A stretch of DNA of 64,000 bases, taken from NCBI RefSeq assembly GCF_000143415.4, contig NW_003314304.1:1478841-1542840 (forward strand), written 5' to 3'. This document shows, in pieces, positions 22,079 through 34,470 of this stretch; the stretch's first letter is position 1; each line of letters opens with the position of its first letter. Below the pieces are notes generated by a model. It did no database searches and had not been told where the DNA came from. It saw only the letters and a program-made list of their open reading frames with translations. A program made the position numbers and the translations under genes. The stretch comes from Selaginella moellendorffii (Eukaryota; Plantae; Lycopodiophyta).

Positions 22079-24479
22079 ATGGCTCAAAGAACAAATGCGA
22101 AGGGTCCGGAGGTAAGCGAGTTTGAGAATTTTTTCTTCCTTGCGAGAGAGATTTAAAAGATCAAATATTTTTTTTTCTTTCTTCGCAGTTTTTCTGGCCC
22201 CGACAAGTTCTTCGCAAGCTGCTCAAGTTGAAGCCCGCGTCGGACGGGTTCAATGCGGACGATCACGACGAAGACGACGACGACGACGACATGGAAAGCA
22301 GCGGCGATGGCACCTTGTCGTCCGGTATTCTTTCAAAACTTTGATAATGCTAAGCTTTCCATAAACTTTTGCTCGTGTTCTTCCGCAGATTCGAGTGAGC
22401 ACGAGGTGGAGCTCAAGCCTGCAAATCGAACGCGAAGTTTGCCCCCGCTGTATCCAACGACAGGTCTCGAGAAAAATCTGTTTTTCCGCAACTTAGATAT
22501 GGATCTTTTTAGTACTTCTTGTTTTTTCTTTCAGATCGACCGAAGCAAACACCGTCTCCAACTGTGGCTCTTGCGCGAGGACAGTCCGAGACGCTGTGGA
22601 CGCAGCTTGTCGACACTCTCGACTACCGGTATGTCTCTCCAAATTCGATTTTGTGAGAAGCTCTTGCTCACCAGTCGCGAATTCTTTGTCCAGGATACAT
22701 GTTGGGAGCTGGAATGTAGCTGGGAAGTCTCCAAACCCCGACTTAGATCTTCGAAAGTGGCTGGACGTCGATCAACCCGTGGATATGTACGTGATCGGGT
22801 AAGCCAAACTCGCTCTCGAGCTCTTTCGATCTTTAGAACTCAACAGTTTTCTGCTCTGATAGATTTCAAGAGGTCGTTCCTTTGAATGCCGGCAACGTCC
22901 TGGTAGCCGCCGACAACAGCCCCGTGGCAAAGTGGGAGTCGCTCATCCGCAAGACTCTCAATGGCGATCGGCGAAGAACAAAGAGCTGTCCAGCCTCTCC
23001 AGCCGCTGTTCATCCCGGCGACGACACCATCGAAACTTTCTCCTCGCTGCTCTCATCATCGTCGTCGTCATCGGAAGAACAATCTCGCCAGTGCGGTGCA
23101 TCGCCAACTATTTCCTCCTCGTCTTCTTCCGGAGACTCCGATGGAAGACAAAAGAGCAAACTTTCAACTCGAGGAGGAGGAGGAGGATTCCACCGGAGGA
23201 GCCGGAGTGCCTCGGACCATAACTTTCTCAACACCTGGACACCGAGTATCCCGCGCTCTAGCTCCGACGCCACACTCATCAAGTTTGCGGATTTGCCGTG
23301 TCCAAGCCACGACGCGATCTCCCCGACCATCTCGGCTTGTCTCTCGGACAACACGACGATGGCTTCTCCCGGAAACTCGGAGAACTACGTCCGGATCGTG
23401 AGCAAGCAAATGGTGGGAGTGTATGTCAGCATATGGATCCGCAAGAACCTTCGCAGGCACGTCCACGGACTCAAAGTTTGCTGCGTTGGCTGTGGACTCA
23501 TGGGATACTGTGGAAACAAAGTAAGCGTTTCCAAGTTCTTCTTTTTTTGTTCCTGATCATCTTTTGGATTTTTTGTTCTTGATCTTGCGGGTATTTTCTT
23601 CTCTTCTCAGGGCTCCGTTGCTGTCAGTATGTTGCTCCACCAGACGAGCTTTTGCTTCGTTTGCACGCATTTGACATCGGGTGACAGGGAAGGTGACGAG
23701 CTACGACGAAATGGCGACGTTGCCGAGATTCTCCGGCGGACGGCGTTTAATCGATCCAGCAAGGCCGGCTCGTCTAGCTCGGATCTTCCCGAGACAATCC
23801 TCCAGCACGAGTAAGCTTCATAGAGTTTTTGTGTTCTTCGAGAGCTCTAAAGTTTCGTTTTTCTTCGGCACAGTCGTGTGGTTTGGCTGGGCGACTTGAA
23901 CTATCGTCTTGCGCTCAGTGATTCCGAGACGCGAGCTTTGGTTGCGAGAGGTGACTGGCAAAGATTGCTCGCTAGAGACCAGGTAACGTTTTCTGTCATC
24001 TTTTCTCTTTCTTTCTTCTTTCTCCTTGCGAGTGTTCTCTGCTGATCGAGTGTTCTTCCATCTTTTCCAGCTTAAGATGGAGCAAACTGCCGGTCGTGTC
24101 TTCGATGGCTGGCAAGAAGGAGGGATCTACTTTGCCCCCACTTACAAGTACGTGAAGAACACGGACTGCTACTTTGGAGTGAACTCTAAACCCGGAGAGA
24201 AGCGTCGAACACCATCTTGGTCAGTGTGATCTTGGTAGATGATTCAAGCTTTTGGATCTAAGTTGTGGAACGCACAGGTGTGACAGGATACTGTATCGCG
24301 GCCGCGGCCTCAAGCAAATTAGCTACGCTCGAGCCGAGCACCAGTTCTCAGATCACAGGCCTGTCAAGTCCGCGTTCCTGGCCGAGGTGGAAGTTTTCAG
24401 CAATCGCAAGATGAAAACGGTGGCTAGGGTCACCAAATCCTCGCAGCTCAAATCCTGCAACGAAGAGGTATGGAAATGA
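22079..24479 (+). CDS. Type I inositol polyphosphate 5-phosphatase, multi-exon
   Basis: [12 protein letters not shown]-terminus, [54 protein letters not shown]. Confidence 0.93.
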
Positions 24480-25198
24480 AAACCATTTCATTTCATTCTT
24501 TTTTCCTTTCTTTCTTGGTATCTGTTTAAAAATCCAATCAAAGATTGTCACCTTGGTCTAGTTCGGACGTTCAGCAGCCTTAGGATTTGGATCCCAACGC
24601 TACGGCCTCGAAAAGTCTCGTAAACAACACGAACAAATATCATTTTGCCTCGAAGTCTCGTGAAGAAAAAATCTATTAAAACTTTCTTTTTGTACATCGA
24701 TATGGAGTTAAAAGTGTATGAAAAATGTAAAGCTTTCTCTTGAGACAAAAATCTTCGATATAAATTAATGTAAAGCTGCATATAGTTTTTGTTTTTGTGA
24801 CATCATGGGAATCAAAGATCACGATGGATATATAATCGCAATCACAATCTCGGTAGCTGACTTTAAAAAATACACGAGAAAGATGAATCCTATTTTTATT
24901 GTTCTTGGAAGAACCAGGCTTAACTTTGTCAAATCTTTGACTGCTTTTCGCTAAAATCGCGATGGAAGTACACACCCACGAGGCGACGAAAGTGGCCACT
25001 GACTTTGGAGCAGCTCCAAAGTTCGCCATCAAAATCTCGGTAGCTTACCTTCTTCTCGAAAGAATAAAGCTTGTGAATCCCTGTTGATCCGGACTATGGG
25101 AACCACAAGGAAACATCGCAAGCATACCAACCAAGCCAAGCATAGCTAGAAAACCATTAATCTATCCAACCTTTATAATAAGAATCACACTACCTCTA

Positions 25199-28109
25199 TC
25201 ATTGAGGGAGCTTGCCGTGGAGGTATTGAAGCAACGCTTTTGTTCCGCGCTCGAGGATGCCTCGCCGAATGCTGCAGGGAATCCAAGATCACTAAAAAGC
25301 CTCTGTATCGCGAGAGCTACCTTCTCAATGGATTCCCGTCCACTTTAAGCTTGCGTAATGTGGGTTCCAGATATCCCTGATGACCCGGACAATGAGAAGC
25401 AAAGAAAAAGAGAACTTTGCGGGAAAAGCATACCAGTTGAGGAGGAAGAGTAGACAGGTTGTTGTCCGTCAAGTCCAGTTCTTCGAGCGTACTCATCTCA
25501 CCGAATTCCTGCATCAAGCAATAGCACGCAAAACATAAAAGAACTTAAGAGACTTGCCTGAGGTAGCACGCTAATATTGTTCTGGCTCAAGTCCAAAATT
25601 CGTAAGCTAGACATCCGGGGCAAATCCCAAGGGATGGCTGCCATTTGAGTTCTCCTGTGCAGACGCCAAAGTTAGTTTTAGAGAGAGTCTAAAAGCATGT
25701 ATACGTTTACTCACATCAGTCGCAGTTCTTGGAGGCCAGTCATTAGAGACAAGCACGGAGGTGGTAGAAGCTGTGCAACCACGCCACTTAAATCCAGGAG
25801 TTGTAGATTGGACACGGCCGAGAATGCACCTGGTGGAAGCTAAACACACGCAGGTTAATACAGAAAGTTGGAGCTTGTTTGAAAACCCCGTACCGCAACT
25901 ATAGGATTTCGAGCAAGATTTAGATGCTTGAGGTTTGGTAGAGAGGCGAAAACGCTTCCTGGCCACTCTTGGATCTTATTGTCTGCAAGAATGAGAGCCT
26001 GTGACGCGATAACTTGGTGAGACAAGAAACTGCTTTCTCGAAATGCTGATTACCTCCATCGAAGTGCACATCGACATTTCTGGCGGCAGCTCTTGGATGC
26101 AGTTCTTAGCAAGATCAAGTTGGACAAGGTCGCATGACTCCCACACTGCAGGAGGAACATGGTCCAAATTTTTGTCGGAAAGAGACAAGGCCTGAAATAA
26201 AGTTCAGTCTGTTGTCTTTGAAAGTATTAATTGGAAAGAGTTTGGTACCACACTTTTGAAGAAACTGCCACTCGTGCTGCTTGGACAACCTGCTCCTGGA
26301 TGTTCATGCCAAATATATTGCCTGACGAGGCAGCTTCTGGTTTTGATTCTGCAAATCAGAAGCTGGAGTTGAAAAGTCTTGTTCCAGCCTCATAAATTAC
26401 CATCTTCAGCTGTGGAACGATCACGCAAGTACTTAAGTAGAGCAGGAGTACTTCCAGTAACCAAGGAACTGCACTCATTAAAAAGAAAGTGCAATCAGTA
26501 CTTTGGCATAGGTCAAAGATCTTACGTTCTTAACGTTCGCAAGGGATTTCCTGTAAGCACAAGCTTTCTCAACGATCCCATGAAGCCTGTAGGAACCGAA
26601 GTGTCAAAAACGCAATCAGGAACTTCAGCTTTTACTAACCGAGCTCAGGAGGCAATCCGCTTAGATTGTTGTTAGAAAGGTCGAGCACAGAAAGCCGCAT
26701 GGAACAAGCAGAAACTGGGAACTCAGAGAGCTGAGAGACAATGTTTAGTGGAAACATCACACAAGGAGCCACACAAGGACTGGAAACATCACCTGATTAC
26801 CATGCAGATCAAATGTGAGCAATGACTGGAGGTTCCCAATCTCGTTTGGAAGAGAAGAAAGCAAGTTATCTCTGAACAACAATAAAATGTATATATACTT
26901 TTTAGACACATGTAAAGAAAGGTACATACCCAAAATACGCCTCCACCAGCATACTGCAATTTACCAAAGAAGATGGTATCGACTTGATCTCTATGCGGAA
27001 TTTTGTCAGTAAGCTAATCACATTTGAAAATAGAGCACATACTATTCTGATGTAAGTCGAGACGTAGAAGTCGAGTGAGATTACCAATTTCTTCTGGTAG
27101 CTCAGTTATAGCATTCTTTCCTGCAGTTTAATTCCACTAGAAATAAGATGATGCCGAAACGGGCGGAAGAATGTACCTGCATTAAGCTCAGTCAGATTAC
27201 CGAGCGAGTGGAACAAGCTTGAAGGAAAACCGGTGATTTTGTTTCCCTACAAGCAAGTCACAAAAGTGGGATCACCGGATTCAACGAGAAAGTAGAAAAG
27301 TAAGAAAGAATCACTTTTACCTCGATACTGAGGCTAATCAGTCGAGAACAGGAAGCCAGTTGATCTGGCAGAAATGTGAGGCCATTGTTGGACAACTGGA
27401 AACAAACACTCGCGCTAGAAAAAAGCACAAATTTTTCACATCTTCACCTTTAGCTCTGCAAGATCAACACACAGTCCAATCGTGGAAGCAAGCTCCTTAA
27501 TTTGGTTGTTGGACGCGAGAAACCTGCCAAAAAACAAATAAAATAAGGACCCACACGATTCGTGTCGATCGTGTTCGTATTTCTGTAGCTTACTTCACGA
27601 GAGATGCTAGATTTCCAATCTCCACCGGAAGTTCCAAAATCGCATTGTGAGAAACATCGAGCGTCTTCAATGAAGTCAGCCTGAGAAGAAAGAATCAGCA
27701 GACGAGAAAAGTCAAGCCACTAAAACTCTTACATGCCAATGCTTTCAGGAAGAGATTCCAGTTCATTGTAGCTGATGTTGAGGACCACGACAGAGACGAG
27801 ATTCCCGAGCTCCTGGGAAAGAAGCTTGATCTTGTTGTGAGCAAGAACAAGCCTGTGAAGATCTACAAGCTTGAGAAGACAAACCAGCAAAACGGTTTAT
27901 AAAAAGTCCAATGCGAAACCATACCTCCCACCACTTTTCATCCTGCCCAACACACTCCAGGAGCTTGTAGACTTGCGGAGGCACTTCCCTGGAATCACCC
28001 ACATTACCAGTTAGTGTCGCAAGTAAAGGATTGAATGCGCGTACCTCAGATTCCTGTTGGAGAGGTCGAGAGAACCGGATGCTCGAGCCATCTTGAGAAG
28101 GCGTTCCAT
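25199..28109 (-). CDS. Intracellular LRR protein (LRRC40/PIRL-like), many short exons
   Basis: [21 protein letters not shown] start; LxxLDLxxNxL repeats; GNPLR...GTKALLQYL caps. Confidence 0.85.
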
Positions 28110-28216
28110 TCTCTCCTCACCTCTCTACCTAGGGCTCACACTCAATTTCTTCTTCTTGGCTGTTCCAAGCACTTCCCATCCAGTTTATAAGACATGGATG
28201 GGTACAGGCTGTTTGG

Positions 28217-29950
28217 TTACTTGTTTTCTTCAAAATCCAACCAGTCCAAGTTGGCGATTTGCTTCGTCTCCACATCCCGTGCTTGTTTCAGCGTCTCTTC
28301 GTATGAGCCGGTCTTGGACCTCCGGACATCGTCTAAAAATTTCGATTTGTCCCTCCTCCAGTCTTTGAAAGCGTCGTCAGCTTCTGTGAACACTTTCTGG
28401 AACAAGCGAGAGGAAGAATGAAGAGAGCAATAACGAGAAATGAAACATCTTACCTCCTTGTCTGCGATAATCGATCCCTTCTCGCGCTCCAAGAGTGAAG
28501 TGCTGATCAGAAGTTGTTTGAGAATATCGAACAAAAAAAGGAAAGAAAATCACACCTTAAGATGACTTTGTCCGGAACTCGAGGTCTCAGTACTACTGCC
28601 TTGATGCGATCCCCTTCCGCAAAAATGTCGGCCACGCGAGCAATTCTTCGATGGGATATGTTCGATATATGGAGCAATGCGCTGAAAGAAAAAAAAAAAA
28701 AGACGATTCAAGCCGGTTCGATACATAGACAAACTACCTTAAATCTGTTTCATCAATGCTGACAACAACTCCATAAGCTTCAACCTTCTTGACAACACCT
28801 TCAACTAGTGAGTCCGGGGGTGCAAGCTGTTGTACCTGAAAAAATAGCAGAACAGTACCCATTAAGTGGACTCTATTCAGAGAAACTGAAGATACCCACC
28901 CATGCTGCGCGTTCGTTCACAAGTATTCTCGCTTTTGCTTCCTCTACCTCAATAATCATCACAAGCAAAGTTCTTCCCACCTATACGCAACAGAAAGCAC
29001 TTCAGTTTCTTACGTGAAGTGAAACTGTATCCAGCTTACATAGTCTTTCAGCTGTGTGATATCCCGAGGCGAGTTCTGGATCATATCTTTTGGAAGGAAA
29101 GCTGTCAACCCCTGCAATAGTTTGGTCGGCCACCAAAATCGGGTAAATGCTCCAAACGAAGTACCTCAATCCGACAGATCAGCCCACCGAGATTGTACGA
29201 TTCAATCCGGACTTCTATACTTTCTTCAGCGCTGTGAATCTGACTAAAAGAAAGCAGGAAATGAAATTCCACCATGATCAAAATATGAACTGCTAGAATA
29301 AAGAGAAGAATACTCACATCTCTCACTCGTTGCCAAGCGATCGGTCGAGAAAAGTTCCGCATAGATAGCAAAGCTGTGCCGCTCAAAGTCTTCCCGATTA
29401 TCAAAAGCTGCACAATCGTCCCAGGCTCCACCATGAGATCGCCACCAGCGGAAGCATCCAATGCCTCGTCATCTTTCACGAGACAAGCCCGACCACTTGT
29501 TGGTGGAACAAATCTCTCCGAATAACCATCAGAATTATCGTCGTCAATCCTCCACATTCGATCTTCCAGCTTGAACCTCTCGAAAGGAACAAGATCCCGC
29601 GCAAACATCATTCCCAGCGATTGAGCTCCTATGTCCACTTCCAATTTGCTGCTGTTCCCGGACACTACCATCCCCACAACAACATCCCCGAGCTTTGGCT
29701 CGTAGTAATCCACCGAAATATCCTCCACAGGAGCTGGAATCGGCGCCTTCTCCTCGAAATCTTCCTTCTCCTCGCCAGCGCTGCTGTTCTTGCCTACTGG
29801 AGGAACCGGTACCTTAATCTCTGCTCGAATCGGCTTCTGTGGACTCGGAATCGATCTGACACTGCTTTCACCCTGCATTGCCCGGGCGCTCATCCTAGAA
29901 CTCCTTGCCGGCGCGCAAAACCCTGGGCGCCATAGCGCTTGCTTCTCCAT
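28217..29950 (-). CDS. PDE338: Plastid S1-domain RNA-binding protein (PDE338/RLSB-like)
   Basis: Transit-like N-terminus; DYYEPKLGDVVVGMVVSGN S1 domain; further S1 repeats; IANLDWLDF C-terminus. Confidence 0.78.
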
Positions 29951-30042
29951 CGCTTCCAAAAACCCTAGGGAAAGAGGAGGGAGAATCTTTTATTTATTTG
30001 TTTAAAACTCACAAGAATCAAGGAAGAGTCTTGTTGGACGAA

Positions 30043-31768
30043 TCATCCAGCCAAGTTTAAAGTGAACGATACATATGGATGAGCTTCCACTTCTCCTCCC
30101 ACGATTCCAGCCACGCCACCACCATCTTCGTCAGATTTCCAAAAGCCACTGCGCGATCAAACACGCTCGAATGTCACAAACCAAGAAAAAAATCCATTTT
30201 TTTCTTTACCTGTTGGGAGCATTACACAGTCCTTCGAGCATTGATCGGACTTTCTTCTCGTTTCTCTGGCTAGGAGCCATCACTGCGGCCTGTGAATCGA
30301 GAAAAAATGGTTTTTTGTATAGACAAATCTTTGGTGGTATGGATGGATCTTACCAGGAACTTTGGAGGAAGGCCGTATCTCAAAATACTCTCGGCAAAGA
30401 TCCGGATGGCACATATGTGCATCCACGCACTGAAAACCTGCGACGAGGGATGAAAATTGTTTTTCAGATCACGAAAGATAAAAAGAGAAAATGATCACAC
30501 ACCTCTCCGTAACTAGCACAGCACCACTGTTGGAGGGAGCTTCGTAGGCTGTCGAGTTCGCGGCTCAGCTTATCTTGTTCTTGCCTTCTTTGTTGTTGTC
30601 CCTCTGGATCAAACTCGATATCTCTAACCTGATAGAATCTAAAGGCCGTCAGTGAAGAAGAAATGGACTTTTTACCTGGAAGCCTCTCTCTCGTGCAGCT
30701 GATTTGAAGTTGTCTGCTACCTTGCGAAAGAGGATCACGGTGTACAGAGCATACTCGTTGTCCTCGTGTAGCTTCGCAGATGATCGAGGAACCTGAAACG
30801 TTTTGATCAAAATCTTGCGGTTAGAGCGCGCTGTCTTACCACAAAGTCAGTGAGACTTTCGTAGCTCTTTAGCCATTCGTTTTGCGAAAACTTTGAGACT
30901 ACCACCACTAAAGTCACCAGGTGCTCCGTGCTGATAACGTCGGACGGCTTCACCAGGTTGGAGATGTCACGCGCGGCCATGCTACAAAGAACCAAAAACT
31001 CAGTTTTTCCAGCACGAATGACCGCGACAGACCTTCCAGTTTGCCTGCGATTGATAGCACTGAGTTGTGTTTTCACATTCGTGTACTCTGCTACTCTAAT
31101 CTGCAAGAAAATTCACAACACCAACTTGAGCAAATCACACACAAAAAAAAACTCACTTTTAAGTCGTCTTCGTGCTTGGAAACGTTGTCTTGGATCATAT
31201 CGGCAGTCTCTCTGAGAGGATTCATGAGTGGATACTTCGCCTCGTCCCACGTAAATCTGTCAGTAGTCACGACAAACGCTTTAGAATTCCGAGCACTAGG
31301 ATGAGAAAGAAGAAAAACAAATCGTTCTCTCTACTTGGTAATGTAAGTGTCAACTGGTACCCCATCGACTGTAAGAGCGCTCGCTTCCACTCCAGCGTGA
31401 TGATCCAAATCCTCGATCTGGCGACGAATCTTGTGTGTCACTCCCTCCACCACGCCATTGATCTACATTTTTTTTTCCCAGTAGCCCTTGAGAATGAATC
31501 CATCGAAATAATTGAGCTATGAGTACCTTGACAAGATCATCGCTGAGAACCATGAGCGCATCGAGCGTCCCGATCCGCAATTCAGGGATATTGAACTGCG
31601 ACGAATGGGAGTGAGGAAGAAGGAAGAAGAGATTTGGGGAAATACCTTGTAAGTCGGTGTGTCGAAGGCGACTCTGGAGATCCCTTGCTGCAATGCGGCC
31701 CATGTCGCAGCTGCCGATTCGAGCACCGGGAGCGAGACGAGGCAGTAGCGCGTCACGGCCAATGCCAT
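30043..31768 (-). CDS. VHA-C: V-type H+-ATPase subunit C
   Basis: [62 protein letters not shown]. Confidence 0.93.
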
Positions 31769-31826
31769 CGAGCGATCGATGCCGCGCGAGAGCGAAGAGG
31801 GAGAACAGAGATCCCAAAAACTTTAG

Positions 31827-31842
31827 AACCCTAATTAGGGTT
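31827..31842. promoter_or_regulatory. Palindromic double telo-box in a bidirectional promoter
   Basis: AACCCTAATTAGGGTT perfect 16-bp palindrome between divergent ATGs. Confidence 0.6.
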
Positions 31843-31862
31843 TTGTGGCTTGTGTGCGTCTG

Positions 31863-34410
31863 ATGCGTTGCGTTGATGCGATGTCGGCCGTGTCGGCCAT
31901 GGCGATGGATCATCGTGTGATCGCTCCAGCCCCTGGATCCCCAGCATTTCAATGCAAGCTGCGAAAATCTCCATCTCCATCGCCAGCGCCATGGAAATGC
32001 AGGGTTTTGGCTTCCTCCTCGAGCGAGCGCCAGTTTCTTCAGAGAAAGCGGCCGATCTACGTCCCTAGCAGGATCGATGATCCCAGCTACGTCCGGATCT
32101 TCGACACGACGCTCAGGGACGGCGAGCAATCCCCCGGCGCGACGCTGACGAGCAAGGAGAAGCTCGACATTGCGCGGCAGCTTGCCAAGCTGGGCGTGGA
32201 CATCATCGAGGCGGGATTCCCAATCGCGTCGCCCGACGATCTCCTGGCGGTCAAGGGGATCGCGCTCGACGTTGGCAACAGGGTGGACGATGACGGGTAT
32301 GTTCCAGTGATTTGTGGGCTCTCTCGATGCAACAAGGCGGACATAGCTGCCGCCTGGGAGGCTGTGAGCCATGCTCTCCGGCCTCGAATCCACACCTTCA
32401 TCGCGACTAGCGAGATCCACATGAAGCACAAGCTTCGCAAATCACCGGACGAGGTCGTCCAAATCGCCACTGACATGGTTGGATACGCCAAGAGCCTTGG
32501 CTGCCAGGACATCGAGTTTAGTCCCGAGGATGCTGGAAGGTATGCATGGAGATTTTTTTTCCTTGCTTGTTCTTGATCTTCTGACACGAAAAAACAAATT
32601 TTGTTTGTTTTTCTAGGTCCGATCCCGAGTTTTTGTATAGAATTCTCGCGGAAGTTATCAAGGCTGGAGCCACCACTCTCAACATTCCGGATACTGTTGG
32701 CTACACGCTACCTTCGGAGTTTGGAAGGTTGATAGCAATGATCAAGGAAAACACGCCGGGAAGCCAGAATGTTGTCATTTCTACCCACTGTCAAAACGAT
32801 CTTGGACTCGCGACTGCCAACACTCTTGCTGTAAGTGTTCCTCATAAGAAGAAACTTTTCTTGCTTTCGTAGTTTTTTGTTTCTCGCAGCTTGAGATTCT
32901 CGGGTCTGATCTTTCGAGCAGGGTGCTTATGCAGGTGCCAGGCAATTGGAAGTAACAATCAACGGTATTGGAGAGAGAGCAGGCAACGCGTCGCTTGAAG
33001 AGGTTTGCCATCTTAAAGTCTGCCTGGGTTTACCCGTTACTCATTACTTCGTCGTAGGTAGTCATGGCTATTAGATGCCGCGGAGACGAGCAGCTCAATG
33101 GTCTCCACACGGGCATCAAACCCAAGCATATTGCTGTCACAAGTCGCATGGTGAGTTTTACTTCAGTTTCTTCTGTAACGTGGCTTTCTCTCTGGTTGCG
33201 CGTTTCAGGTGTCTGACTATACAGGAATGACCGTTCAACCTCACAAGGCCATTGTTGGGGCCAACGCATTTGCTCACGAAAGCGGAATCCACCAGGTTAA
33301 ATCTACATACTGTAATGGAAGAGGTCTCACGTAATTGTCTCTTGGCAGGATGGGATGCTAAAGTTTAAAGGAACTTATGAGATCATGTGTCCGGAAGACA
33401 TTGGACTTGTTCGTGCTGATGAAGCCGGTATCGTCCTTGGAAAGCACAGGTAACAGCTATGGTTTTTGCTGCTTGTTTGTCCTGACGGCGAGCTTTTTAT
33501 CTTTAGTGGTCGGCATGCGTTAAAAACTCGGTTGTCCCAGGTATGACTGCCCGTTTTAGCATCAGTTGCCATAGTCTAATTCTACGAGCTGATAGCTGGG
33601 ATACGAGCTAGAATCCAAGAAGCTGGATGACGTTTTTAAACGTTTCAAGGCTGTGGCAGACAAAAAGAAGGTAATGTTGTACTTTGCGATGTTTTCCGGC
33701 TTCTAAGTGCTGTGCTGTGCTTTTAGTCCTTATCGGATGTTGACCTGGAAGCTTTGTTATCGGACGAAGTTTTTCAACCAGAAGTTGTGTGGGCTCTTTT
33801 GGACCTCCAGGTTTGCTGCTTTTGCTGTTGCTTCGGCTCACTGTTTGAATACCTTTCTTGAAACAACAGGTCGTGTGTGGAACCCTGGGATTATCAACAG
33901 CGACCGTGAAGTTATCTGGTCCAGATAACATTCAACGTGTTGGTACGTCCATTGGAACGGGGCCTGTGGATGCAGCATACAAGGCAGTTGATTCAATCGT
34001 TCAGGTAATCAAATTTCCTTGAGGAAACTTTTGCATTGCACTGAACAATCTTACAGATTCCAGTAACTCTTTTGGAGTATTCCATGAACGCTGTTACTGA
34101 AGGAATCGATGCAATCGCCAACACAAGAGTCGTGATACGTGCCGAGAACTCGACTCCAGTAACGCACGCCCAAAGCACAGAGCCTGTTCAGAGGTCTTTC
34201 AGGTGAGAATCCATGAAGTTGCTACATCTTCATTCTTACGATTCAACCTTCTGCCTGCTCAGTGGATCCGGTGCATCCGAAGACGTGACAGTCTCAAGCG
34301 TCCGAGCTTACGTGAGTGCTCTTAACAAAGTGATTGGATTTTCCAAAGCAGTCCCTAGTTCCGAGTCGTCGGTTTCAGCTACTCAGGCTACCACAGTTGC
34401 GACAAAGTAG
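31863..34410 (+). CDS. IPMS: 2-isopropylmalate synthase, plastid, with C-terminal regulatory domain
   Basis: [71 protein letters not shown]; start could be 31881. Confidence 0.95.
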
Positions 34411-34470
34411 AGATAACTTATCCCAACGGTAGCTGTACAGTTTTGCAAGATTTAATCCAGGGATATAGCT

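Noticed and set aside
31350-32429. 359-aa minus-strand ORF
   Set aside because: Antisense to IPMS exon 1, running through the VHA-C start and introns; no coherent homology
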